A DNA stretch of 64,000 bases, taken from positions 1 to 64,000 of the forward strand of contig PPNB01000024.1 of NCBI GenBank assembly GCA_003707115.1. The letters are read 5' to 3'. Made by a program: the position numbers and the translations under genes. The notes beneath the pieces are model-generated. The model did not search any database, was not told the origin of the DNA, and saw only the letters and a list, made by a program, of their open reading frames with translations. The DNA comes from Tortispora ganteri (taxonomy: Eukaryota). Below, piece after piece: positions 21,819 to 31,753 of this stretch (the stretch's first letter is position 1; every line of letters begins with the position of its first letter).

Positions 21819-22844
21819 ATGCACGAAAAATATGCAGGTGACCTCGTGCATGGTCCGCACAGCCGACAGCGTGGACCTTCAAGGCCTACCCTCAAATCGG
21901 CTATACTCAGCCACCTCAGCGCTAAAAAACCTGTGGTTCGTGACATAGACCGCTCTGTCAGTTGCGAAATGCCCGAACTGGAATTAACTATTTCGTCTGC
22001 ATCAGATTCAGAGGTCCAGCACATTGAAACAGTCTCTAGTCCTGTCACAGTATCTATCGGCGACGTCATCCCACAGGACTTCTCGTCTCGCTACGAGCCA
22101 GGGATACGCGGATTGCACAAGAACGGCCACCGTCCTTTTGCCCTCGCATCCACGCTTCTTCCTGACTGGTCTCTTAATGACCTGCGCGCGCTGCTTATTG
22201 TTTATGAACTCAAGTCAGAATGGAAGGGTACTGTCCCGCGGCTCGCGGACTCAGACCTGAAGGTCCAGTACATCCCTCTAACAGTTACAGACGAAGAGTT
22301 CATAGAGGCGCTAAACTCATCAGATCTCTATAGGGAATGCAACTTCAGCCAGGAACTGCGTCTCTCTATGGCGAAGCATGCCGTCGAAAGCATCGGCCGT
22401 CATGCCTGCACGACCCCGCTCACAGTCCCGCAATGGTTCTACGCGATCGAAAACTATCTCCTCAACTTAGCCTGCGAAGCACAGTCTCGAATAGACTACC
22501 AAATAGCCATAAACAAGCTTCTCAGGGAACGACGTTCGCCTGTCGCCTCGCTTCGCCGTGACAGATCCTCTACATACACCACCAGCCAAGGTCAATCCAT
22601 CTCAGGCAACACCACTTCTATTTTAGGACCGGTCGATGAAAGCTCAGGCGATTATTTATTGAGGAAAGTGCTCATGAATCGCGCTCTAAGGGTACATCGA
22701 AAAAGCAGTGGCGACCTTGAAACAGCGCGTCTGATCTCTGACGAGGAGAAAATTACAATATGGAAGAACATACAGGCTGCGCTAAACAAACGTTTGGAAT
22801 CACTTTGGAGAAAAGACACTGATTTACAAATAATGTCGCTATAA
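21819..22844 (+). CDS. STD1: Glucose-signalling co-repressor, Std1/Mth1 family
   Basis: LPDWSLNDLRALLIV, QW..IENYLLNLACEAQSRIDY, LLRKVL, EEKITIW blocks; GTGGGG Mig1/CreA-like site at ~21153. Confidence 0.8.
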   Translation: MHEKYAGDLVHGPHSRQRGPSRPTLKSAILSHLSAKKPVVRDIDRSVSCEMPELELTISSASDSEVQHIETVSSPVTVSIGDVIPQDFSSRYEPGIRGLHKNGHRPFALASTLLPDWSLNDLRALLIVYELKSEWKGTVPRLADSDLKVQYIPLTVTDEEFIEALNSSDLYRECNFSQELRLSMAKHAVESIGRHACTTPLTVPQWFYAIENYLLNLACEAQSRIDYQIAINKLLRERRSPVASLRRDRSSTYTTSQGQSISGNTTSILGPVDESSGDYLLRKVLMNRALRVHRKSSGDLETARLISDEEKITIWKNIQAALNKRLESLWRKDTDLQIMSL

Positions 22845-23042
22845 TCAAGAGCAACGCCAGTCACAGATTCTTTTACCTATAAATGACACATATGTACGAT
22901 CTTCATCATAATCTCTTGTTGAACCAGATCGTCCACACTCAGGCGGTACCTGTCGCCACGGTTTTATTCTAACTACTCAAAGGTCAATATGATATATATA
23001 ATTACTGGATTAATACGTAAGTCAATGCTCAGAATCACGTAT

Positions 23043-24593
23043 CTACTTCTTGGGTCCGTACAGCTCAGCGAGATTCTTTCTTTGGATCTTTCCAGTCGCA
23101 GTTTTCGGAATAGCTTCCTCGATGAAGATCACTTTTGGGATTTTGAATTTAGACAAAGTGTGAGAAAGCTCATCCTGTATGGATTCTTGAGTAGCAGCGG
23201 GGTCCGCTAACACAACCACAGCATATACTTCTTGACCGTATAGCTCGTCGGGAACGCCAAAGCATGCTGCCTCTGCAATGCTCGGCAGAGACAGCATAGC
23301 AGAATCAACTTCTATAGGTGAGATCTTCTCGCCACCGCGGTTGATAAGTTCCTTAATGCGTCCAGTGATGAAAATGTATCCGTCTTCATCCTTCTTGCCC
23401 TGGTCGCCCGTACGGAAGAACTCACGGGACGTAAACGACTCCGTATTCGCCTTGGGGTTGTTCAGATAGCCGTTAGTCACATTCTCACCACGAATACAAA
23501 TTTCGCCGTCTTGTCCAACAGGAAGCTCGTCACCGTTGTTATCAAGAATACGGACGTCGACACCTCGGCCAAGTCCCACCGAACCTGGCTTGCGAGTGCC
23601 CGGAGGCAGCGAGTTCGAGGTCATCTGGTGTGACGCCTCAGTCATAGCATACGCTTCAATGACAGGAGCCTTGAATTTGGTTTCAAGCTCTCTTAATGTG
23701 CTAGGAGCAAGCGAGGAGGAGCACGAGCGAATGAACCGTATAGAAGGCAACGGATCGGGGACCTCGCCTTTAAGCAGGATCTGGTGCATGGTAGGTACAG
23801 CAGTATACCAATTTGCACCATACTTCACAAAGTCCCGCCAGAAGGCAGTAGCAGAAAATTTGGGGGGAATTACTACCGTGCCTCCGGTGCTGAGGGGTGC
23901 CAGAAGAGCGCACATTAGGCCGTGTACGTGGAAGAGGGGCATGACCAGGTACCCTGTGTCTGATTTTGAAAGGCTGTATGTGCCTGCAATATTGCGTGTA
24001 GAAGCCGTGAGATTTCTCTGCGTCAACGGCACAGCTTTTGGACGACCGGTTGTTCCAGAAGTATGAAGAACGAGAGCGACATCGTCAAATTGCGGAGCCT
24101 CGTCGACCTTTATGCGCACAATACCATCTGAATCTGCCTGGACATCAAGAGGAGAGACAGACTCAAAGCCGGATCCGATGTTGACAAAGAAGGTTCCATT
24201 TTCCCATTTGACTTCAGCGACCTTGCAGTTATGGCTGCGAGCAGCCTGCACAGCAGCCGAGTCAGTGGCAATGGCGCCAGCAGGGACCAGGAGCAGCTTG
24301 GAGCCGAGGTCGCTTATATAGAATTCGTTTTCTGCAACCTTATAGGCAGGATTGAGTGGTGCAGAAATGTACCTAGCCGAAGCTACCGCGATGAACGCAA
24401 TGGCAATTTCGAGACCGTTCGGAAGTGAAATCGAGATGGCATCTTGCGGTTGTAAGAATGGCAGTGAGCGCAAGTACGCGGTCAGCCCACTGACGGCATC
24501 TATAAATTGCTTATATGACAATTGAGGTCCACCTGGAACAATGATGCTAGTCGCGGAGGATTCGCCAGAAATCAGTGAGGGAAATGTAGACAT
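23043..24593 (-). CDS. PCS60: Oxalate--CoA ligase / acyl-CoA synthetase
   Basis: LHTSGTTGRPK, PLFHVHGL, FIRSCSS, EAYAMTEASHQM, GGEKISP, PKTATGKIQR. Confidence 0.93.
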   Translation of the reverse strand: MSTFPSLISGESSATSIIVPGGPQLSYKQFIDAVSGLTAYLRSLPFLQPQDAISISLPNGLEIAIAFIAVASARYISAPLNPAYKVAENEFYISDLGSKLLLVPAGAIATDSAAVQAARSHNCKVAEVKWENGTFFVNIGSGFESVSPLDVQADSDGIVRIKVDEAPQFDDVALVLHTSGTTGRPKAVPLTQRNLTASTRNIAGTYSLSKSDTGYLVMPLFHVHGLMCALLAPLSTGGTVVIPPKFSATAFWRDFVKYGANWYTAVPTMHQILLKGEVPDPLPSIRFIRSCSSSLAPSTLRELETKFKAPVIEAYAMTEASHQMTSNSLPPGTRKPGSVGLGRGVDVRILDNNGDELPVGQDGEICIRGENVTNGYLNNPKANTESFTSREFFRTGDQGKKDEDGYIFITGRIKELINRGGEKISPIEVDSAMLSLPSIAEAACFGVPDELYGQEVYAVVVLADPAATQESIQDELSHTLSKFKIPKVIFIEEAIPKTATGKIQRKNLAELYGPKK

Positions 24594-24931
24594 TGTGCGA
24601 TCGGGGATGGTAAATATGGAATCACTTAGTGCGCAAAGGCAGTTATCGTAGACTTTATATGGGGAAAAATGTAGTACTTTTGAATTAGTGACAGCTTAAT
24701 AGATATCTAAGAAATAACATACCACTATAAAGAGAAGAGGTGCTATGGTAAAGAAAATCTGCGCAAGTACAGAGTGATCTCCGCATTATATAATGGAAGC
24801 ACACCATCGCCGAAGAATCTTATTTGCAATCATACCATAGCAACGGTAACGTCATTTGGAAGATGGAACGTAGTGTGAGCTAGTGGCAGTTAGACAAGAG
24901 TCACGCTCACGGGTTCAGTACGGGAGGCGAA

Positions 24932-25684
24932 ATGGAGTATGAAACACTTGTATGGACATGCGTTCTTGCATCTATACTTGGTATGTACACAGTAGCGTGG
25001 ATGGTGTTTTTAGTGCCTCCACGGAAGGGAGTGGCTCCAGAGCCATTAGAGAACGGTGAATCAAGTGCTATCCAGCGGCAGCCGAAAGCCGCATTAGTGG
25101 TGCTCGGGTCTGGTGGCCATACAGGCGAGATTGTCAGGGCGCTGCAGTTCTGGAACCCCGAGAAATACGCATTCCGAACATACGTACACGCTAGAGATGA
25201 TCACATATCTCCTTTAAAGGTCGCCGAGATCGAAGGGAAAGGACAGATCGCAACAAAGAAGGGCAAGTCAACTAAGAGCAGCAGGACCTTGCGAAATAGT
25301 AATAAAGACAAATCCTGCAAAGATTCTTCTGCGGTTCGCGTCGTGCCGGTCACTCGAGCGCGGTCGGTAGGACAAAGCTGGTTGACGACGCCTTTTACTG
25401 CTTTCAAATGCGGACTCGATACAATAAGAGCGCTGCGACCGCTACCTGATGTGATAGTGTGCAACGGGCCGGGTACGGCAATTATAGTGGCGCTTACGGG
25501 CCGTCTTCTTGGTACTATACTGTTTAAACATGTTGGAATCGTCTACATCGAGTCGTTTGCGCGTGTAGAGAACCTGTCACTATCTGGCAGAATAATACGA
25601 CCATTCTCGGACAAAACTCTTGTACAATGGCCGCAGCTGCTTGAAAAATACAGCGGGATTGAGTATATAGGGCTACTGGTATGA
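24932..25684 (+). CDS. ALG14: UDP-GlcNAc transferase subunit Alg14
   Basis: N-terminal TM, VLGSGGHTGE, RARSVGQSW, NGPGT, YIESFARV, VQWPQL. Confidence 0.95.
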   Translation: MEYETLVWTCVLASILGMYTVAWMVFLVPPRKGVAPEPLENGESSAIQRQPKAALVVLGSGGHTGEIVRALQFWNPEKYAFRTYVHARDDHISPLKVAEIEGKGQIATKKGKSTKSSRTLRNSNKDKSCKDSSAVRVVPVTRARSVGQSWLTTPFTAFKCGLDTIRALRPLPDVIVCNGPGTAIIVALTGRLLGTILFKHVGIVYIESFARVENLSLSGRIIRPFSDKTLVQWPQLLEKYSGIEYIGLLV

Positions 25685-25798
25685 CGTTATATAGGCGGAT
25701 GGCGGGATTAGAAACTCGGATTCTAATACTGATACGAAAACACAATGAGTATCTTGACAATGACATTATTTTTATGGTAAATCTGTAATCAATAGAAG

Positions 25799-26737
25799 CT
25801 ATGACTTTTTTTGTGCGTCCAGCTGCTGTAGTCTTTCCTGCAATAAAGCAATTGTTTCTGAGCTCATCTCTGCAGCAGCTGCAGGAGTCTGTGCATTTAG
25901 TCGGCGTTTCTCGGAGTCAGTAAGAGGCATTTGAACGCCCTTCTTGGTCCGTAATCCCTGTTTAGCAGCCTTTTTCATTTCAATTTTATGCTTTTGGATG
26001 TCATCTCTAATGCGATTTCGCGAATACGGATTGCGAATACTGTAAACAACGTCTAATGGAAACGGAGGATCTATGAGGGAGGAGTAGGTGACCGACCGGT
26101 CGTGAGCGTCGGCTTCAAGCGCCTCCATTTCTCCAGCCTCGAGTGGCTCTTCAGGAGTAGGCCATGGTATTTCGAGACCTGGGGCCCCGGGAACCAGACG
26201 TGTGTACATGTAGCGACCGTACCTGGGATCGAACTTCTTCTCACCGAGCTGCACTTCGGCCACAGCCATTCTTTTTGAAGTACCGTCTTCCTGTGGAATA
26301 CGTGCCACTAGCCGCAAAAACTCAAATCCAATAGGGACTGGAGCTTCACCGAGGAAGCGGCCGGATGATTTCTCTGTCCATGTGAACTTAGGGTTAATGA
26401 CTTTAAAAGACGGACTGAGGTTTTCGACGAGGGCGGCGTTGAGCTCGTCAGCTATCATGAGCACTTTACCGACTTTGCCTTTATTAGGACCATCGGTTAG
26501 CTGCACCATATCGCCTTCAGCGAGCCACTTTTCGTGGTCAGGTAGCGAGTAGTCCTTTTCGGGGTCCGGCGGACATAACGGAGTCGTTCGCTGGATAGTC
26601 GACGCAGCCTCGAGGTTGTTCGACAGTTCAGATTGTCTGTACCTGTGAGCCCACGCAGTCACTTTATCTTGAAAAAGAGCCTCATATCTCGTCAAATATG
26701 TCTTAGTATGGCGAGGAATCCTCGCTGCACCGCGCAT
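25799..26737 (-). CDS. MRPL40: Mitochondrial ribosomal protein uL24m
   Basis: KOW motif GDMVQLTDGPNKGKVGKV, R.VPG..EIPWP, PPFP; probable start 26737. Confidence 0.78.
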   Translation of the reverse strand: MRGAARIPRHTKTYLTRYEALFQDKVTAWAHRYRQSELSNNLEAASTIQRTTPLCPPDPEKDYSLPDHEKWLAEGDMVQLTDGPNKGKVGKVLMIADELNAALVENLSPSFKVINPKFTWTEKSSGRFLGEAPVPIGFEFLRLVARIPQEDGTSKRMAVAEVQLGEKKFDPRYGRYMYTRLVPGAPGLEIPWPTPEEPLEAGEMEALEADAHDRSVTYSSLIDPPFPLDVVYSIRNPYSRNRIRDDIQKHKIEMKKAAKQGLRTKKGVQMPLTDSEKRRLNAQTPAAAAEMSSETIALLQERLQQLDAQKKS

Positions 26738-26909
26738 GTTAGTTTTGTCAAGGGAAAGTGAAAAGTTTAGGTCGTTTTGGCTGGGACTCATTTACACTAG
26801 CGATGTCGTTTCTACAATATCCGAATCGCCAACTACTGTCTAAAAGTTAACAGATTTTAGTATATTATAGTATTTTATCGTTTTTCTATAAATTAGATTT
26901 TGTGTTATT

Positions 26910-27169
26910 ATGGGAGAGATGACGGTGGAGGCGATTACTATCAACCGATGGATCACTATTGACCTGACCCCACTAGATGACGAAGAAACATCTACTGAGG
27001 TCACGCCTTGTAATTCGATCGAACAAACTGATCAAACAACCACAAATTATCCAGCTACAACCTACATCCATGGTATTATGCAGCATTAACGCAAAGCGTA
27101 CTATAACGCACTGCGCAATATGCACAGACCACACAATATACTAACATAGCGTTGATTGTCGTAGCATAA
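26910..27169 (+). CDS. Candidate spliced microprotein, 60 aa (exons 26910-27072, 27150-27169)
   Basis: TATAAA at 26887, ATG ORF, GTATTA donor at 27073, TACTAAC 27139-27145, TAG ending at 27149. Confidence 0.45.
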
Positions 27170-27180
27170 TAGCAAAACTT

Positions 27181-27618
27181 TTATGAGCGCGGCTTCTCCT
27201 TCTTCTCTTTCCACAAGGCTAGTAGTGAAACACCTGAGACTTTAACTACTTTAAAGCGGACACCCGGGATATCACCCTTAGCCTTGCCCTTGCGACCGAA
27301 ACCAGCGAGCAAAACTTCGTCGTTCTCGTCAACAAAGTTCAAGCAACCGTCATTAGGAACGAAAGCAGTGACCTTTTTGCCGTTCTTGATGAGCTGTACA
27401 CGAACAGCTTTACGAATAGCAGAATTGGGCTGCTTGGCCATAACACCAACTTTCTCGAGCACAATGCCCTTAGCGTGAGAAGATCCTCCAAAGGGAGAAG
27501 ACTTGTATTCAGTGCCTAAAGCACGCTTTTTGTAGCTCTTGTCAGCCCATCGGTTTTCACGACGGTTGCTTCTCAATTTACGAGCGGCGTTCAATCCTCT
27601 TGGCTTGCCCTTTCCCAT
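27181..27618 (-). CDS. RPS23: 40S ribosomal protein uS12/S23
   Basis: [34 protein letters not shown]; uninterrupted CDS. Confidence 0.99.
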   Translation of the reverse strand: MGKGKPRGLNAARKLRSNRRENRWADKSYKKRALGTEYKSSPFGGSSHAKGIVLEKVGVMAKQPNSAIRKAVRVQLIKNGKKVTAFVPNDGCLNFVDENDEVLLAGFGRKGKAKGDIPGVRFKVVKVSGVSLLALWKEKKEKPRS

Positions 27619-27883
27619 GGTTAATGTATGAGTGCAAAGAAAGTATGCGTATGTCTAACCTGATAATGAAGTGTGAGTCCTCTTGGGAGTACTGCCGCGC
27701 ATAATTTAAGCCGTCACGACTGCCCTACTTTTCCTTAACAACAAAACATACCCTAAAACTTTATTTACTGCGGAAAACCTTGATACATGTCAATTTAGTG
27801 CACCATATCAGCTACATAAAGGTTCCTAATAGACTGCTCCAGCGGCATATTTCCCTGCTAATTTGCCTTGAGCTTATTTTAAG

Positions 27884-28444
27884 ATGCTATCGAGTACTTT
27901 GTTTATATTTGTCACTCTGATACCGTTTGTACGGGCGCTAATTCCCACAATCTCCTACCTTGTCGCTGAGCTGCTAGCCGTGCTGCTATACAGAGACCAA
28001 GAAGCGCCATTAAGAAACACTAAAAGAGAATATGTAACAGTTCACAGGCAGAGGCTGAATACTTCGGCACAAGATGAGTTTTCCAAATGGGCAAAACTCA
28101 ACAGACGAGAAGACAGCTTGAAGTCAAAAATCGAAGAGCTCTCTAAAGCGGCGCATGAGCGTCGAGAAACAATCAAGCTAAAAGTATCGCGATCTCTGTC
28201 AATAGGATTGCGTTTGGTATCTGCATACCTAACTATTAAATATCGTAAAGAGCCGTTGTTCTACATTCCGACAGGCTACATCCCTGGTGTAATTGGCTGG
28301 TTTCTGTCGTTCGGCGGATCGCCGCGGGGGTCGGTGTCGCTAATGGTATGGTCTTCTGTAATGTCTTATGTGCTCGGCGACTTTAAAAGCATTATGGACC
28401 TGTACAGCACCAGAGCAATTGAAAATATTGCTAAACCAGCCTAA
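27884..28444 (+). CDS. GET1: GET insertase subunit Get1/WRB
   Basis: TSAQDEFSKWAKLNR coiled coil, PLFYIP, PRGSVSL.VW. Confidence 0.92.
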   Translation: MLSSTLFIFVTLIPFVRALIPTISYLVAELLAVLLYRDQEAPLRNTKREYVTVHRQRLNTSAQDEFSKWAKLNRREDSLKSKIEELSKAAHERRETIKLKVSRSLSIGLRLVSAYLTIKYRKEPLFYIPTGYIPGVIGWFLSFGGSPRGSVSLMVWSSVMSYVLGDFKSIMDLYSTRAIENIAKPA

Positions 28445-28583
28445 TTGTCTACAAGTACTGCTATTTATAGCACCTAGCATGTATATGTGCGCGTGTAGAA
28501 AAGGTCATAAATCAGAATGGGGTCAGAGGAATTCGCGAACGGTACCTGCTACTCATTACTAACAGAATGTACCAGGCAGTTTT

Positions 28584-29300
28584 CTAATACTGGTAGTCAA
28601 TATTGAGTTTCGTTAGCAGCTTGTTTTTCTTCTTCTGACGATCAACAGCTTTCTGCTTGCGATGGGACTCCTGTTCTTCTGTGGGGTTGTCGTTCTTCTG
28701 TTTCGCTATTTTAGCCCACGGAATGGCTTTAAATTTTCTATTTGCTCCGTCGAATAGCTGAGGATGGATTTGTGAAACAGACAGTTGAATGACTTTGAGA
28801 ATATGGCCAAACAACAGGTAGTTATTCATTGTGTCGGCAACAATTTCGGCGACCTCAGGTTCTTCGAATTCTATATATGCATAATGTTTGCTGCGGCCGG
28901 TACGCTTGTTCCTGGACAACCGTAGACGTTTAACAGTTCCAAACTGGCCGAAATATCCTTTCATTTCATCTTCATAGAAACCGTGAGGTATTCTGCCAAC
29001 ATACACGACTGCTGTCTTTTGATCCTTGACTAACTCAGATGATTTCTCTTTTGATTTCGTCTTTTTGGATGCCAGTTCCGGAATTTTGGGCAGTTCTCTG
29101 GTCGTCTTAACGTCTTCTTCTTCGTCGCTGCTAGCAAACACGTCCTTGTCGCTGTCGTTAGCGTCTTGTTCGTCATCGGTACTGTCGAAGACATTCTGCT
29201 CGTCGCTTGATTCAACGTCACTGAAACCCTGGAACTCATCGTCCTCAACCTCAATTTCAGGCTCAGTTTTTGCGTTCTTTTTGGATCTTCGAGCACTCAT
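28584..29300 (-). CDS. NOP15: Pre-60S RRM protein Nop15/NIFK
   Basis: VYVGRIPHGFYE, RLSRNKRTGRSKHYAYIEF, TMNNYLLFGH. Confidence 0.95.
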   Translation of the reverse strand: MSARRSKKNAKTEPEIEVEDDEFQGFSDVESSDEQNVFDSTDDEQDANDSDKDVFASSDEEEDVKTTRELPKIPELASKKTKSKEKSSELVKDQKTAVVYVGRIPHGFYEDEMKGYFGQFGTVKRLRLSRNKRTGRSKHYAYIEFEEPEVAEIVADTMNNYLLFGHILKVIQLSVSQIHPQLFDGANRKFKAIPWAKIAKQKNDNPTEEQESHRKQKAVDRQKKKNKLLTKLNIDYQY

Positions 29301-29433
29301 TCTTACGTCTTCTTTGCAATCGTTTTAGCTCTTTCTGTGCCGCTGAACTCCCGTGCTGTCGACTTCTACGATTTTTTCGTCGTGAGTTTACCAGGACATC
29401 AAAATTTGTAGCAAACTTTAATTTTACACCCAA

Positions 29434-29441
29434 CTCATCTC
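29434..29441 (-). promoter_or_regulatory. PAC-type element upstream of NOP15
   Basis: CTCATCTC (GAGATGAG) ~135 bp upstream of a ribosome-biogenesis gene. Confidence 0.55.
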
Positions 29442-29580
29442 ACATATGCACCCAGCAGCGAGCGCCAGCATAGATATTACTATTGTTACAATTCGTCAAA
29501 ATTTAGCACGTGTTCCAGATGTCTTTTACCCTCAGAAGTCATTATATGTCATTCACAGTAATAATAGCTGGATTTGCGTA

Positions 29581-30432
29581 TCATCGGAAAGGACGCCCAT
29601 CGTAGACCTCAGCGTCGACGGACGTGCCCTGGTAGACCTCAGAGTCCCGCAGCCCTTCAGACAGAAACCGCACTAGATGGTTCGGTAGGGCGCCGTTCCG
29701 CCGTTGTCTCCGTCTGAGGTTCGATAGCACCAATCGTGGAGACTCGGCGCCAGAGTTTCCCAACAGAATAGAGTGTAGACTGACAGGAATGTCTGCGAGA
29801 TCTGCCCGCGTGAGGGGCAGCAACGGCGACCAGGTCGAGGTCCTAGTGAGCATGTTGTCGTCCATAAGGTTGTCGGCATCTTCGTCGTCAATGTCGATGT
29901 CAGCATGATCTTCGTCATCTTCATCATCTTCGTCAATCTCGTCCTCGTTTTCAATATTGGATCCAGAGTCGATGCCGTTGTCTGAGGGCACGCGGTGTTC
30001 CGGCTCCATATACCGTCCGTGGCGTTTTGACATGTCGAGCAGGCTCGCCGCTTTCTTTTCCGAATGCAATACCGACTGCGTAAGCCCTTCCAGCCACTCG
30101 CTCTCTCTTATCTCTGTGGAGTCGACAAGCCGCGCACACTCGGCGCCTGAGGCATCAAAGTCCAGCACGTACAGCGCAGGCGCAGGTCTTCGCTTCAGTG
30201 TCTTGAATCTTGAAGTGGTAGATGTCGATGTAAGCACAGTAGAGTTTGCCGCAGTAATTGAAGCGACAATTGTTGAATTAGTCGCAGGCTTGTGATCAGA
30301 CGAGTGCCGGCCGCGCCGACCGCTAGCGCCGATGTTCGCAGACGATCGTGGTGCAGTTCGTTTCATTATAGACCACTCTTTGAGCAAATTCGTAGACGTC
30401 CTAGTTTTGTATTCTGTTATAGGAAGCCCCAT
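29581..30432 (-). CDS. Hypothetical protein with acidic tract and basic NLS-like patches
   Basis: 283-aa ATG ORF; D/E run; RRRQRR; family not recognised; start may be 30366. Confidence 0.7.
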   Translation of the reverse strand: MGLPITEYKTRTSTNLLKEWSIMKRTAPRSSANIGASGRRGRHSSDHKPATNSTIVASITAANSTVLTSTSTTSRFKTLKRRPAPALYVLDFDASGAECARLVDSTEIRESEWLEGLTQSVLHSEKKAASLLDMSKRHGRYMEPEHRVPSDNGIDSGSNIENEDEIDEDDEDDEDHADIDIDDEDADNLMDDNMLTRTSTWSPLLPLTRADLADIPVSLHSILLGNSGAESPRLVLSNLRRRQRRNGALPNHLVRFLSEGLRDSEVYQGTSVDAEVYDGRPFR

Positions 30433-30754
30433 TTTTGTCTTTAGTCGGTATCTTTATTGTATCTACAGCACGATCTTTTCCCGGTCAAATGCCTCTTAAA
30501 TCTTGAAACTATCGTGGATAGTTTAATAAATGAAGAAAACAAAGAGTTGGTTGGCTGGCTTTCAACCTTTCACAAACAAGAGAATACCGCGCGAGCCCGA
30601 GACTTTTCCCTCCCAGTTAACATGGGCTCATAGCAACCAGCGCGGCATCGCTCACATTAAGCTACCCTATAATGTCACTGCACATGCGATACTTGTTTTT
30701 CGACAATCAGAACCGCTAAAATCCATATAACCGTTGGCACTGCTCACCGTAATC

Positions 30755-31684
30755 ATGTTGCAGCTGCATAATAATTCAGTTGGTGTGATCATTGCTTTCG
30801 CGCTCTTCCTGCTACCACTCCTCAAACCTGCAACAGTCTTCTGCTATCGCCTACTCTTCCTATACAAGAAATGCAGCTTGAAGCGACGCAAGCCACTAGG
30901 ATTCTCTCTGAAAATATGCCTTATAAACACCATAGGATTTATCGTAATAATGTTTATGCCCCCTAAGCACACAAAATTTGACAAATCACTCTATCCGGCC
31001 GTGGAATCAGCATATGCATACACCATATTAGGCCCTGACGCGCTGACCTGCGACTGGTGCAACCCTGAGTCGCCACGGTTCATAGGCGTCTCCTTCGCTT
31101 ATTTCCTGTATATGATTCCCTATATCGTTATGCCCCATATTGTCTTGACGTTCCTGGTCATGTTACTGACCTCCAAAACCTTCGCAAGCCGCGCTGCTTA
31201 CCTGTTCCGGCTCAATTGCGTCTACGTGACTTTCGGAGCAGGGCTCGTCGACTTGTTTGTAACCTACTACATTTGGTCATCTAGCGATATCGTTCCAGAG
31301 CAGTTAAAATACCCGACACTGCAGATCCCATTCTCTATGAACATCGCACGAACAGCTTACTTCGTTGTCACCGGTGGCTTCATAGTGGGCCTAGTATACC
31401 TCCTCGAGTCAATGATCCTCAGTCCAGTCTCACTGGCACCAGGCAATTCTCGCGTCATAAACTCCAGAGCACAGGCCTTACACAAGGCTCTGGAGGACAT
31501 TGTATCAAATTCAAGATCCACAGGAATAATACACGAGGCTATCCGATCGGACAGAGTTCTTTACAATCATTTCACCAAGTATTATTTGTCTCACATTAAT
31601 CCATTACCTGAAACGTTATGCGATCCACAAGACCCAATAGCACTCGAAGCTGAACGAATAGCTAAAACGGTGACTGAACTGTGA
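30755..31684 (+). CDS. Hypothetical multi-pass membrane protein with a CxxC motif
   Basis: Several hydrophobic helices; GPDALTCDWC; first ATG at 30755. Confidence 0.75.
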   Translation: MLQLHNNSVGVIIAFALFLLPLLKPATVFCYRLLFLYKKCSLKRRKPLGFSLKICLINTIGFIVIMFMPPKHTKFDKSLYPAVESAYAYTILGPDALTCDWCNPESPRFIGVSFAYFLYMIPYIVMPHIVLTFLVMLLTSKTFASRAAYLFRLNCVYVTFGAGLVDLFVTYYIWSSSDIVPEQLKYPTLQIPFSMNIARTAYFVVTGGFIVGLVYLLESMILSPVSLAPGNSRVINSRAQALHKALEDIVSNSRSTGIIHEAIRSDRVLYNHFTKYYLSHINPLPETLCDPQDPIALEAERIAKTVTEL

Positions 31685-31753
31685 AACTTGCATATACAAC
31701 TAAAAAGAAAAATGACGAAAACTAAGAAATAGAAATCATTACTATCGAAGAGC

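Noticed and set aside
27610..27660. RPS23 5' intron GTTAGA..TTAAC..AAG
   Set aside because: Splicing would delete the start codon, and no in-frame upstream ATG exists
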